From Octopus vulgaris (Eukaryota): a stretch of DNA of 64,000 bases. Positions 1 through 13,772 of the stretch are shown piece after piece. The position numbers and the translations under genes were made by a program. A model generated the notes under the pieces. The model was not told the DNA's origin and did not search any database. It was given only the letters and a program-made list of their open reading frames with translations. The stretch lies in assembly GCA_951406725.2 (NCBI GenBank), contig OX597815.1, forward strand, positions 63,240,001 to 63,304,000. The letters are read 5' to 3'. Positions within the stretch are counted from its first letter, which is position 1. Each line of letters begins with the position of its first letter.

Positions 1-2
1 GC

Positions 3-647
3 GCTATCCCCAGAACCCGCCCTGCAGTCTCCCGCCTCCATTTTCCCCTCACCTACCACCCCACCATCCTACCTCTCCAACGCACCATTATCCGAGCTTT
101 CCGGCATCTCCAGTCCGACCCGTCCACTTTACACATCTCTCCTAACCGACCTCTCCCCTCCTTCAAACGAGCCCACAACCTACGAGACATCTTGGTTTAC
201 AGCTTCTTTCCCAACCCTACCTTCAAACCTGGCTCGTTTCCTTGCTCCCGCACACGCTGCCGCACTTGCCCTTACCTCTCCAACACCACCCTCCTCACTG
301 ACACCCATCATCGACCCTATCGCATCATCGACTCCTTCACCTGCACCTCCAGCAATATTATATATTGCATCTCCTGCTCTCTCTGCCATTCCCTGTACAT
401 CCGACAAACGGGACGCTGCTTGGCTGACCGGTTCGCGGAACACATCCGAGACATCCGCCTCGGCAATGACAGCCCAGTCTCACGCCATTTCCGCTTCACC
501 GGTCACTCCTTGCAACACCTGTCTGTGTTCGGACTGTCCTTGCACAGAGGTCATCCGGACTTCCGTTTGTGCCGTGAACAGGTATTAATCTTCTCTCTTC
601 GCTCTTTTACGCCATTTAGGCTCAAATCTCCTCCCCTTTTCATCTAA
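3..647 (+). pseudogene. PLE polyprotein C-terminal fragment: linker + GIY-YIG endonuclease
   Basis: Frame is open from the window start: FPLTYHP...FKRAHNLRDILV, CSRTRCRTC Cys linker, NIIYCISCSLCHSLYIRQTGR (YIG changed to YIR), RFAEH, PVSRHF, REQVLI. Confidence 0.85.
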
Positions 648-1444
648 CCTCCTCCCCGATTCCTACTTCTCTTCACTCCTATATCTTTTCACTCCTACTC
701 TCTTTCCCTCTTCTCTCTTACTCTCTTCTCTCTTTCTCTCTGCTTCTTCACTATCCTTCTCTCCTCTCTCTCCCTCCCTCCTCCTTCTTCCCACCCAACT
801 CTCCTCTCTTGTCCCAACTTCTACTTCTCTTCACTCCCACTTCTCTTCACTGCTACTTCTCTTCACTCCCTACTCTCTTTCCCTCTTCTCTCTTACTTTC
901 TTTCTCTCTTCTCTCCTCCTCTATCTCCTCACATACCCACCTTCCACTCCCCCATAAACCCACACACCCCTACACATCTCTACTCCACCTTCCCTATCCT
1001 TCCCATTCCCCCATCCTATCCCACATCCCTCCCCCACATACCCCACCGTCTGCCTACCCACAGACTCCAACTCTACCCCAACCTCCAGACGAACCCACAC
1101 CCCACCCGTGCGTTCCCCACTCTCGCCTACCCCACCTCCCAACAACGTCACACCACACTACACCGTACATTACACATTACATCACAACACACCACCCATA
1201 CACCCATCCCCACATTTTTCCACCTACACATACATACACGCACACGTCCAGACCACCAGCCCTCTTTCACACGCACATACATACTCTCTTATACACACAC
1301 GCACCTTTGTGTTGGGGGTCATCTTTACCTTGTTATCTCCTCTACTTTCCTCCTCGTGTTTGACCCTTCTGTCCGGCACTAGTCGTCATGATAGATCGTT
1401 AGCCACAACACACATTTTTTTCTCTCCTTGTTTTTTCTGTGTCC

Positions 1445-1480
1445 CTTTCTGTAGAAGAGCGTAGGCTCGAAACGTAAAAG
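1445..1480 (+). ncRNA. Minimal type I hammerhead-like motif (atypical CUGUAGA-A core)
   Basis: cttt-CTGTAGA-a-gagc gtag gctc-GAA-acgt-a-aaag: stem I cttt/aaag, stem II gagc/gctc, palindromic stem III acgt. Confidence 0.65.
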
Positions 1481-1626
1481 CCTTTTTCTATTCATGAGCG
1501 TTATACTAATACATCTGTTTGTTTTGTACACCACCTGTGTTCGTCTTTTGTTTGTTTTTTTCGTAAACTCTCCCTATATATATATATATATGGCTAAGAT
1601 CAAGGTCTGATATCTACTCTCAACAG

Positions 1627-1681
<55 letters not shown>

Positions 1682-1771
1682 ATATATATATATGTATGTA
1701 GGTTCAGTCCGGCTGCGTTGTACCATCGGCATGTGTGTTCTACAATAGATTCGAGCCTACCAAAGCCTTGT

Positions 1772-1944
1772 GAATAAAAAACGAAAAAATGAAAAGAAGA
1801 AACGAACGTGAGGACGAGCACAAGATGTGCATTAGCTTCACGCTCGGTGAAAGGAGAGCGTTTCGAGCATAGCTCTTCTTCGGAAAGGAGAAAGGGAAAA
1901 GTCCAAAGCAAGAGAAGAAATCGCCAACACGCTCATACACACTC

Positions 1945-1945
<1 letters not shown>
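1772..1945 (-). mobile_element. PLE 3'-end fragment with degenerate hammerhead
   Basis: Minus strand reads ccgaagaagagctatgctcgaaacg; downstream sequence resembles 1490-1570. Confidence 0.5.
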
Positions 1946-2028
<83 letters not shown>

Positions 2029-2463
2029 ATGTATGTATGAATGTATGTATGTATGTATGTATGTATGTATGTATGTATGTATGTATGTATGTGTGTATGT
2101 ATGTATGAATGTATGTATGTATGTATGTGTGTGTATGTATGTATGTATGTATGTATGTATGTATGTATGTATGTATGTATGTATGTATGTATGAATGTAT
2201 GTATATATGGATGTATATCGCAAGGCAGCTTCTCTCATGTTTTTCATATGTTTGTTCGATCTGTTTGTTATTCCTTCTCGTTAGTTGAACAGATATAAAG
2301 GTATAGCACCGACGGCCTTTAGAAATGTGCTCTCAGAGTGAATATTAATCATGTTTGGTAACATTGTTCTATGTAACTTCATGTTTGTTTATCATACATG
2401 GCGCGCACGCACAAATATATATATATACACACATATATTTATGTGTATATGTACGTACATGTA

Positions 2464-3427
2464 CGAGGAGATACCTGAAAGAATACCAGATCTTGCAATA
2501 TTTTATTCACTTAGTTTTACATGTTTGCACTTTTATCACCTTCAAAGTATTCTCCATTTGAATCAATGCATCGATCTAGATGCGTTTTCCATTGTTCGAA
2601 GCAGTGCTGGAATTCCTGCGAAGTAATGCTTTTAACGTCTCCATCGGTTTTTCTCTTCACCTTTACCACAACTGCAAATTCTGTAGCAAGAGATTTCGTC
2701 ACCAGTAATGTCCTTCGAAAAATGTCCGTATCGACTTCCAGCTGTTCGTTCAGTCCATGACACTCATTCTGTCGTTAATGCTTATGATCTTCCAAGAGCA
2801 AGCGAGGCACACATTTTGTTGCAACTTATTTCATTCGCAATCCCTCGCTCAAAATTTGTTGGCAGGAGTTCCAGGACACACTAGTCATATCAAAAGTTCG
2901 TCAGTTGTTCGGTAATTTTCATGATGTTTTCATTCGGTCGGAAGGCCGCCTGTCACCATGAACGAGGTTTGTCTTCAAGTGACAAGTGGACATTCCTAAA
3001 GCGTGAAAAACCACTCGTAAACTTGTGTTTTGCTCATGACTGCGTCCTTGTAAATTGTTTGAAGCATGACAACTGTTTCGGCCACCGTTTTCCCCAGCAG
3101 AAAACAAAATTTCATGGAAGCACGCTGTCCATTCATTTCAGCCATCGCTTGCTGCCGGAAGATCAAAAGCATTCTTGACTGAATGAGTGTCATGAACTGA
3201 AAGAACAGCTGGAAGTAGATCTGGACTTTTGTTTTCGAAGGACTTGGGACATGGGAGAAGACTGCAAAACGAAGACGCCCCACGTGGTCGTACGACTGTA
3301 CTTGACGACGTCGATCGGCATGCTGATGCCTGAGGATAGCATCAAGTGGCTTCTAGCAGCGGAAGTCTGAACTACAACAGGATTGATCCACAGAAAATGA
3401 TTCCGGTTATTCTTGTGTACCTCCTCG
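2464..3427 (-). mobile_element. Internally deleted mariner element
   Basis: Imperfect TIRs cgaggagatacctgaaagaata / ttattcttgtgtacctcctcg with TA on both sides; N-terminal QRASMKFCFLLGKTVAET...VYEWF and C-terminal FQHCFEQWKTHLDRCIDSNGEYFEG. Confidence 0.85.
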
Positions 3428-3464
3428 TATATACACTTATATACAGGTATATAATATATAATGC

Positions 3465-3497
<33 letters not shown>

Positions 3498-3504
<7 letters not shown>

Positions 3505-3562
3505 ATTACTTACATACCTATTACTTACATACCTATTACTTACATACCTATTATATACCTAT
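3498..3562. repeat. 15-bp minisatellite (atacctattacttac) about 4 copies
   Basis: Direct inspection. Confidence 0.8.
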
Positions 3563-4329
3563 TACTATAAAATATAAACTGCACAGTTTCGCAGTCTCAT
3601 ATTATTCTCTAAGTTTGCTAACCTATTCTATTTGTCTACTTCTCCCCCCCCCTCTCTCTCTCTCCCTGTGCCTCTGTCACTCTTTACTTACTCACACGCA
3701 CACATATACACCGAGAGAGAGAGAGAGGGAGAGAGAGAGAGAGAGATAGAGAGAGAGAGGGAGAGGGAGAGAGAGAATCTCAAGAGCGCACTATATCTGA
3801 ATGCCAGTGGTGTGTTTTGACAAAAGCCACATAGTTCCCTACCATTTTATGTTGTCAAAATACGTTTAACTTTAGACACATAACTGAAAAGAATAACACC
3901 TTACAGCCATATAGAAAATTACTCTTAATTCGCAGAAGGAGAATTCAATATGTAACTTGGCGTTAGGTTGAGACCAAATTGAAATAACTAATATACTAAC
4001 ATGGAATAATAATAGCTATAATCATATCTAATTTAGGCACAAAGCCAGTAGTTTTTGTGCGGATGTGATAATGCCAGATCATCGTTCTATGTACTTGACT
4101 GGTACTGTACTACATCTCCCGTGAAAGAATGAAAGACAAAGTTTACATAGGCAGTATCTGAACTCAGGACGTAAAGTCGTAACAAATAGCGTAATGAATG
4201 TTTCTGATGCTCTAATGTTGCATAATACTACCAACCAGCTTACGTAATAAAGGTTGTCGGCTTCTTGAAACACCTGTACATTATTTGAAGCATAAAATAA
4301 TGGTTAGATTTCTGTGTTCATTTGTATGT

Positions 4330-4361
<32 letters not shown>

Positions 4362-5311
4362 ACGTGTGTGTGTCTCTGTGTGTATACATACATGTATGCT
4401 TGCATATGTGTATGTGCATGCATACATATATGTATATATATATATATTTGAGTAGTTGAATGAATTATCTTGTTATGGATAATTAGGTTAACCGATACCT
4501 GGGTAGCAAATTCACATCAGGGAAGACACGTTTGAAGTTACGTTTCGTCGTTCAACTCCATTCTTTAATATATTTATATATATATATATATATATATATA
4601 AATATGTGTGTGTGTGTGTGTAAACGGGTATACTTTTATACATATATATATATACATATATAAGTATATGCACATAAGTATATGCTGGTGTTGGGCTCAC
4701 AGACGTAAGGTCACGGATTTGATTCCTGGATCGAGTGACGTGTTGATGTGGCCTTGTGTAAGAGACTTTATTTTACCCTGCTTCTGTTTGCTAAGCTGAA
4801 TATGAGTAGAAGCTGGGTGCCTGTTCAGTTCTCTTACAGATGTTTGAGCGTACAAGACAACCTGGCCCTCGTGAATGAAAACTTATTCCGTTTCAAATTT
4901 TCATCATCTAGCTACCAGTGGTTCTCATTTTGGACTAAAACAATCCAACCTGAAAAGAAGTACCCTGGTGAGGCCACGAAACGCCCTCTGGTGAGAAATT
5001 AACTAGAATATTTAACGATCGTGTGTCCCATCAATTCTCTTTCCTACTAACAAGCTTACATTATACACCACTTAATTACAATATACCTAGTTCTACCTTC
5101 ATCCATCTAGCTGCTATAAATTAGGCTTGAAAGCGAAATGAAACCATAACCTGATGCAAAATAAATGCCAAAACTTCGAAATCGCTGTCAATCTGTTATT
5201 TGTAAAAATTGATAAATATGGTACCCTAAAAAAAATCGAGAGAGAAAAGGCATTGAATAATCCATCAATTTAATGGACAGCTTCTTTATTTATAACTACA
5301 TAAAAGCAAAC

Positions 5312-5356
5312 GTATTATTATTATTATTGTTATTATTGTTATTATTATTATTATCA

Positions 5357-5401
<45 letters not shown>

Positions 5402-5499
5402 GTAGTAGTAGTAGTAGTAGTAGTAGTAATATTTATGCTAATAATAACAGTAATAATAATTATCGTTATAGCAACTACAATAATAATAATAATAATAAT

Positions 5500-5559
<60 letters not shown>

Positions 5560-5582
5560 CATAACAACAACAACAACAACAA
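5312..5582. repeat. Compound trinucleotide microsatellite (TTA)n(GTA)n(TAA)n(CAA)n
   Basis: Direct inspection. Confidence 0.9.
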
Positions 5583-6232
5583 AAAGATTTAGAAAATATA
5601 AAGCATTGAAAAGCAAACGAAAGGTATATTTAAAAGTCAAAGGGTATTTTTATTGGATCGAATTGGCTCACAAAACATTTTTATGTATAAATATCTCCCC
5701 ATTACAAAAACTAGTATTTTTATTAAATATATCAATAAAAAATATTTAAAAAAGACCGAAAGAAGAAAGAGTGTTAGGAATAGGAGATTGTGAAAAAGGA
5801 TGAAGAGGAAAGAAAGAAATGGAAGGAAAAATATTTCCCTGCACATTCTCTCTCCCCTTTTGCTCTTCTTTTAGTCCCCGATAAAAGGCCAGTTATTTTA
5901 CCCTATCTTCTCCCTGCCCTTTTCGTCCTCTCCGCCATAACTTCCCCCATGTTTACATAAATACATTTTTTATGAGTCAATTTAAACCAATAAAATTTCG
6001 ACTTGACTTTTAAATATCTCTTTATCGTGTCCCCTGTGCTCTTTTTTTCACTAACGTGCGATGATCGGATGCAAGACACCCGATTTAACTGTTTGTGAAA
6101 TTTCAAATTCCAGTACAGCAAAAGATAATACAATGCATGTTCGTCGGACAGTTTTGTTTAGATTGTCCGACGAACGGGAACGTAAAACTCTGAGTAACAG
6201 TTTTTGTAATATTTTTGCTGTTTTCAATAAAA

Positions 6233-6287
<55 letters not shown>

Positions 6288-6301
6288 TCACTTTCAATAA
6301 A

Positions 6302-6341
<40 letters not shown>

Positions 6342-6352
6342 CACACACACAC

Positions 6353-6386
<34 letters not shown>

Positions 6387-6387
<1 letters not shown>

Positions 6388-6680
6388 CGACGAAAAGGAT
6401 TCCAGTTGATCCGATCAACTGAATAACTTGCTCGTGAGATTAACGTGCAAGTGGTTGAGCGCTCCATGGAGACGCGAACCCCTTCACATACTTTTCAGGT
6501 AGCTTCAGCGTGACACAGAGTGCGACATGGCTGGTCCCTTGAAAAACAGCTACTACTCCTTTTTGCCAGCTGAGTAGAATGGAGCAACGTAAAATAAAGT
6601 GTCTTACTCAAGGACACAACACGTTGCCAGGAATCGAACTCGAGAGCCGAATACGCTAGCCACTAGGCCATGCGCCTTCA
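6387..6680 (-). mobile_element. tRNA-derived SINE
   Basis: Minus strand has an A-box-like tggcctagtgg and B-box gttcgattcc, then tgtgtccttgagtaagacact...ctcagctggcaaaa shared with 57859-58110. Confidence 0.7.
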
Positions 6681-6783
6681 CAACCACACCCTTCACCCCC
6701 CCACACACAAACATGTACACATATATGTACATGTATACGTATTCATATATACATATGTATGCATATACATATATGGATGTGTG

Positions 6784-7535
<752 letters not shown>

Positions 7536-7814
7536 CATATGTATGTATGTAAATTTAAAATGAGGGTGAGAAATTAGATATTAATTTAATTAACATCGAT
7601 TTCACACCAGTGGTCTATCATGTAAAACACTGAAGGTTCAGTAAAATTGTATTATACACATATTAGAGGGAAACCACTATGTGGTCACCCTTATGCTAGA
7701 AATAGATCCGCTATGGTCTTACCACTAAGAAATGTTCCCAAGAAAAATTTAGCAAAAACAACCAAAACGTAATCGAGCAAGACAAAAGAAAAACCAATAA
7801 AAATATGGATTATT

Positions 7815-7884
7815 CGCATACATATTTCACTATTAATACATTACGTAATTTTACTTACATAAATGTCCGTAGATCATCGGTGCA
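7815..7884 (-). ncRNA. Type I hammerhead-like motif (diverged copy)
   Basis: tgca-CCGATGA-tcta...tagt-GAAA-tatg-ta-tgcg. Confidence 0.55.
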
Positions 7885-8220
7885 ATCGTCCAGATGAATA
7901 TAATTTTCAGGACTGTCCACATAGTGGTTTCCCTCGAATATGTATATAATACAATTTTACTGAACCTTCAGTTTTTTTTATATGCTAGAAATTTCTCACC
8001 CTCATTTTAAATTTAAATTTGAATCAATACGTTCTCTAACCGGTAAAGGCCACTGCAGTAAAGTATTATCTGCAGCATCAGTTTTTCCGGTAATTTATCG
8101 CGCCAAAACGAGGACTTTTGAAATAGTAACCACGAGAGTAATAGGTTGAACTGTTTGCAAGTCTGACTTTGTGCGGGTGTCCTAGTATGCAGTCCTGCAA
8201 ATTATATTCATCTGGACGGT

Positions 8221-8290
8221 CGCACCGATGATCTACGGACATTTATGCAAGTAAAATTACATAATATGTTAATAGTGAAACATGTATGCG
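8221..8290 (+). ncRNA. Type I hammerhead-like motif with long stem II
   Basis: cgca-CCGATGA-tcta...tagt-GAA-acatgt-a-tgcg; stem I perfect, palindromic stem III, U4 changed to C. Confidence 0.7.
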
Positions 8291-8440
8291 AATAATCCAT
8301 ATTTTTATTGCTTTTTCTTTTGTCTTGCTCGATTACGTTTTGGTTGTTTTGCTAAATTTTTCTTGAGAACATTTCTTAGTGGTAAGACCATAGCGGATCT
8401 ATTACTAGCATAAGGGTGTCTACATAGTGGTTTCCCTCTA

Positions 8441-8471
<31 letters not shown>

Positions 8472-9599
8472 TGTATGTATGTATGTATGTATGTATGTAT
8501 GTATGTATCTCTCTCTCTCTCTGTATATATATATATATATATATACACAGACACACACTAGACTACGCATGACCCGTTGGGTCACTGGGAAACTGAGTTT
8601 GCCAGTAATGGAGTTTTGTTTCGTGGGTGTTTTTCTTTTCCATGTTATTTCACATACTTTCAACGAATGTGACCACGAAAACACGTTTAAACGGCTCCTC
8701 TCTCCAGGAAAGGAATGATTTGACTGCTATTTCTTAAACGCCCTGCCACCAATGTAACAGATATTTCGTGTTCTTTATCACGAATAGCTGTTACGTGGTA
8801 GCAGGGTGTGCAAGAAATAGCAGCCAGATCTTTTGAGGTGAGATACTTTGCATTCATTCGACAAAAACCCACGGAAAAAATATTTCACACTCAGGTTACA
8901 AACGGGTCTTTTACAAAATATTTACTGTATATCTAAAGTTATTTTCTCTTCAGAATATTTTTAAATATGCTAGAAAAATTTTTGTAATAGTATTCACTTA
9001 AAAGTAATCTTAAAAATAACATCAAAATATTGTCTGTTTGAAGACAGCTAAGATATAAATACGTACTGTACAAACAACTTACATTTTTAAAATCGTATTC
9101 ACATAAAAATATTTCTAAATGATTAAAATATTGTGTTTAACAAAAGCGACAATAGAAACATTTACTGTAAAAAAAAAATGGTATTTTTTCGTTGTTAGCT
9201 CAGTGTCTAATATAAGATAAGAGTTTCTCTTTTTCAGGATGAAGATTATTTTCGGAACATTTTCCCATTATGCGCTAGTTTGGCTGAGTAACATTGTAAG
9301 CAATCAAGATTCAATCTAACTTTTAACAGCATTTAGATATATACATACATACATTACATATATATATATATATATGAGTGTGTGTGTGTGTATGTATGTG
9401 TATGAGTTTGAGGTTAAGAAACCATTTAAGGGTTATTAAATATCCAATATACTATTGGATGTGTACTTACGTAATTATAACCAAGTGCTTACTATTGTAT
9501 GGCAATATCGCAATTGAATACAAGGTAAGACTTTATTTTAAGGTGTTATTATAATCCATGGTATGCCATCCTGTGGTAAGTAAATAAAGTCACTCTACT

Positions 9600-9647
<48 letters not shown>

Positions 9648-9689
9648 CGCATAAGTAAAGTTTAAGATAGTAAAAATATGTTCGTGACA

Positions 9690-10210
9690 CATTTCAACTG
9701 CTAATAGTCAAATTTGCTGCCTTTACTGTAGAGTAAAGTTTGTCCTATGGTAAAAGGTGCAAAAGCACCATATCTGTTCAGTGTTGCCACCAATCAGGAT
9801 TCTCTATTTATCATATAAGAAAATTTTCTTTTCGGTAACTGCAGTGAATTTGCCTTTTAGCACATTGAAATATATAAAAAACATAATTCAACTAACCTAA
9901 ACTTTGTTTATGCCTAAACACTGCTTGATTCTATTATTGCGGTAATATCCAAAACCTGATGGTCTAATGGCGCAAAACAGTCAACGTTTTTGACTGTACA
10001 TTAGATAACGCTATAGCTTTATAAGATCTATTCAGAGTTGCCTGTGTTAGGTATTTCCCATTGAGGGAAGCTAAAGAGCTAGAAACAGCTATGTCTTGGA
10101 ATCCTCAAAGATGATGAGACTGAACAGATATGATGCTTTTACACCTTTTTACCATAAGAGCAAATTTCTCTACGGTAACTGCAGCGATTTTCCTTTTAGC
10201 AGTTGAAATA
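9690..10210. repeat. Old PLE-like pLTR arrangement (inverted partial + tandem) with degenerate hammerhead at about 10055-10101
   Basis: 9690-9783 is the reverse complement of 10120-10210; 9810-9872 is a direct repeat of 10150-10210; ttccca-ttgaggga-agct aaag agct-a-GAAA...gtc-ttggaa. Confidence 0.5.
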
Positions 10211-10233
10211 CGTATATATATATACATATACAT

Positions 10234-10632
10234 AGGCGCAGGAGTAGCTGCATGGTAAGTTGCTTACCAACCACATTGTTCTGGGTTCAGTACACTGCGT
10301 TTCACCTTGGACAAGGGTCTTCTACTATAGTCTCGGGCCGACCAAAGCATTGTGAGTGGATTTGGTAGACGGAAACTCAAAGAAGCCCGTCGTATATATG
10401 TATATATGTATGTGTGTATATGTTTGTGTTTCTGTGTTTGCCCCCCCAACATCACTTGACAACCGATGCTGGTGTGTTTATGTCCCCGTAACTTAGCGAT
10501 TCAGCAAAAGGAACCGTTAGGATAAGTACTAGGCTTACAAAGAATAAGTCCTGGGGTCGATTTGCTCGACTAAAGGCGGTGCTCCTGCATGGCCGCAGTC
10601 AAATGACTGAAACAAGTAAAAGAGTAAAAAAG
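10234..10632 (+). mobile_element. Full-length octopus-type tRNA-derived SINE with internal microsatellite
   Basis: aggcgcaggag...tggtaag...ggttcagt head, central (TA/TG)n tract, 3' caaatgactgaaacaagtaaaagagtaaaa; multiple copies in the window. Confidence 0.85.
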
Positions 10633-10667
10633 ATGTATATATGTATGCATATATATGTATATATATG

Positions 10668-10761
<94 letters not shown>

Positions 10762-11042
10762 TATATATATACATATATATGTATGTGTGTGTGTGTGTGT
10801 GTGTGAATAGATGTACATGCATATGTGCATTTATAAGGAATGATTAAAAATATAGAAATAGCGTGAGACAAACAGAAGAAAGAACGAAAGAGAGAAAGAG
10901 AAATAATGAGTGAATGAAGGGATGAACTAATTAGATTAGGAGATTATAGGCAAAGTCATAAATTAATTAAATATTTCGCATATCACTGACTATATAAACA
11001 TACATATACGTATACATACAAACGAACGTACGTACGTATATA

Positions 11043-11084
<42 letters not shown>

Positions 11085-11647
11085 TGCATATATATATGTA
11101 TATGAATTTATATATATATAGATATACATATATATAGATTATTGGAATCTTGTGATGATAGGCATTGTTTCTCTTGTACTGTGTTGTAGAAGGAACCAAT
11201 ATAAAATTGTCAATGTACAGGAGATTACCAAAAATAAGGCTACGTACTCGAGTTGCTTCAAATTTTTCCACAATAAATGTTTAAATTTTTATTTATCTGA
11301 GGCGAATGGATGTGCAGAAACGTGCTTATATTTCGCATTTCTTTTATCATTGTTCTTAGTTAAAAATCCACCGACTGAGCTATTTATAGATTCGTCAAAA
11401 TACTAGGCTTTAATAAACAAGTCCTGAGCTCGATTTATTTGACTAAAGCCCTTCAAGGCGGTGCTCCTGCATGGCTGCAGTCATATGACTGAACAAATAA
11501 AAGAATATATATATAAATACATACATGCATACATACATGCATACATACATGCATGCATACATACATGCATACATACATGCATACATACATACATACATAC
11601 ATACATACATACATACATACATACATACATACGTATATAAAATCTAT

Positions 11648-12869
11648 TGTACCTGAATTTGAAAAATATGTAATTGTTTTTGAATAAATTTATTTATATA
11701 AATTTAAGTCAGGTCAAACTTTTACCATTAAAAAAATCACTTCACCTGTGCATCGAAGAACTTAATGTATGTCCTTACATGTGGTGGGCTTGATGGAAAC
11801 TACATAGGTGAAACTAGCTTGATCTTGAGGCACAGACTGACGGTACACAGGCAACAAATCCGGGACCCCATGACCAGGAAAATTCCTGAGGGCAAACACC
11901 TAGACCAAAGCCCAGCAAACATAAACCCGAAACACTAAATCTTCAGTCTCTTTCAATGCACCGGAAACACTTCAAGCCAATTCTGATTGAATAAGGAGAG
12001 CATGCTCATTAAAAAATATAAACCACAGTTAAATATCCTTTAGAAAGAATAAACATCATTAAAAAGAAGAAAAAACCTCAATCCCCAGATACAACAGACC
12101 TAATTCGAAAACTTTAGTAACAGTCTTCCTTTCGCGTTTCGAAACCGCAATTCCAAATCGCCTTATAATAACACCATACAAACACCAGCTGCTGACGTCA
12201 CCTATCTCTTGATCAATGAAATTTTACCTCCGATCAGAATCGGACCTTCAGCAAAGAAAACAAACTGACTCTTTAAGAGAATCAATCTACTGAAACTGTA
12301 GATGACCATTCCCTACAGAGAAGTCAAGTACAGAGAACGCCAAACTTGACTACCAGAAAGAATAAGATGTCATCAGAATTTTAACGAATGAAAAATTAGA
12401 TGCGTATAAATGCGTATATAAATACGTACATAAATACACTGATTCCAAAACACTCCGTTACAAGCGAAAAACTATGCATGCAATGGAAAAAGAACCCAGG
12501 ATAACAGAAATTGTAACAAAACCCTTTTTCTTTACTTTCTCCTTTTCTTTTTTTTAAACTCATTATGACTGAACTATGGTGATACACATTGTTCATATTC
12601 TTCGCTGATCATTTCTGATATTATTCAATTTTATGAACATTTAATCATTTAAACATATTGATCCACATTTTTTATATTCTTCACCGATTATTTTTGATAT
12701 TGAATTTTGTGAACATTTAGCCATTTAGACATTTTCTACTTCGCAATTTTGAATTTTTAAAAAATCTCATACGTTTATGCTATTGTTATACAAAACATTG
12801 TTAAAACTGGTTTGGTACGTATGTAAATAAATTTACTTAAAAACAATAAGTTTTTCAAATTCAGGTGCA
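11648..12869. mobile_element. Non-autonomous TIR DNA element (superfamily unassigned)
   Basis: About 50-bp imperfect TIRs tgtacctgaatttgaaaaa...aataaatttattta / taaataaatttact...tttttcaaattcaggtgca. Confidence 0.55.
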
Positions 12870-13772
12870 TATTCAACAACACATTCTATATTTTTTCCTG
12901 CGTAGAAATACACCCTTTCTTTTCTTATACACACACACAAACACACACACACACACACACACACATGTTTGTGTGCATAAGTGTATGTATTCTGTTTCTT
13001 TTATCATTAACATTATAAATATGAAAGTTTTCAATGCTGCATCCATGTTTTAGAGATGTTTAGAAAGTAATACATATTTCTATGCTAAACAGGATTAGAG
13101 ACCCTTACCTAAACATTTCATGCAACCAGTTATGTTTGACAAGTTGTACTCATATAACAAATTTGATAGCTTTAAAACCTTATGAAACAGACACAATGCA
13201 ATCTGGTTCTTTAAATTTCAAGAAAATTAAGTCACGTAGAAGAAGCTTTGTTAAATTTGGGGTGGAACCTCCTGCAAGACACAACTAGTCTCAAATTCTT
13301 TCTTTCTTTTCTCTTGTGATGACAGGACGATGAGTTGTAGCATACAACGTTAACTGAACTGCTGAACTACTAGAATTACGTCAGTATCGTACAATTCCCC
13401 CAGAAGACCAAAGAACACAATACTCAGCTTACACATATCCTATCTAGTACACAATCGAACCAAGATCGTCAAGCATTTATTCAGAAATTAGACATAAAAG
13501 GATTGTGGTGTACTGCAAAGAGGTATCATCACACAGGTATTTGAATTCTAAAAAAAATTAGATACTCAACAGATTCATCTTCAACTAGCCTAAAAGTACT
13601 AGTAAAACGAAAACAGTATATTATCCAACCTCGTCTAAAGATCTTGTGGAAAACTAGTATAACAAGTCTACTAATTGTTTCACATCAACAACAATGTGAA
13701 TAATTCTTATTGTGGTTGTTATTACTTAGCCTGGAAATTATTAATAAATGCAATCCTGTCTGGACAGAACTA

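Larger units (their letters stand above)
1..1575 (+). mobile_element. Penelope-like element, 3' part (RT C-terminus/GIY-YIG, C-rich 3' region, pLTR with hammerhead motif), ending in (TA)n
   Basis: PLE coding motifs at 3-647, a pyrimidine-rich tract, then a terminal segment homologous to 48163-48376 carrying an HHR-like core, followed by TATATA. Confidence 0.8.
7551..8445. mobile_element. Hammerhead-containing non-coding element: inverted partial copy (7551-7915) + circularly permuted monomer (7914-8445)
   Basis: 7551-7915 is the reverse complement of 7919-8016 and 8190-8445; acatagtggtttccctc repeats at 7919 and 8422 (period 503); homologous to the 533-bp unit at 35886-37037. Confidence 0.8.

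Noticed and set aside
809-1464. Pro/His/Leu-rich ORFs
   Set aside because: Low-complexity C-rich 3' region of a PLE
5600-6040. Diverged inverted pair of about 100 bp
   Set aside because: Looks like two old repeat copies; no clear termini, TSD or ribozyme
6600-6680. tRNA gene candidates in SINE heads (also 10234, 25460, 57860)
   Set aside because: A/B boxes present but no complete cloverleaf; they continue into SINE bodies
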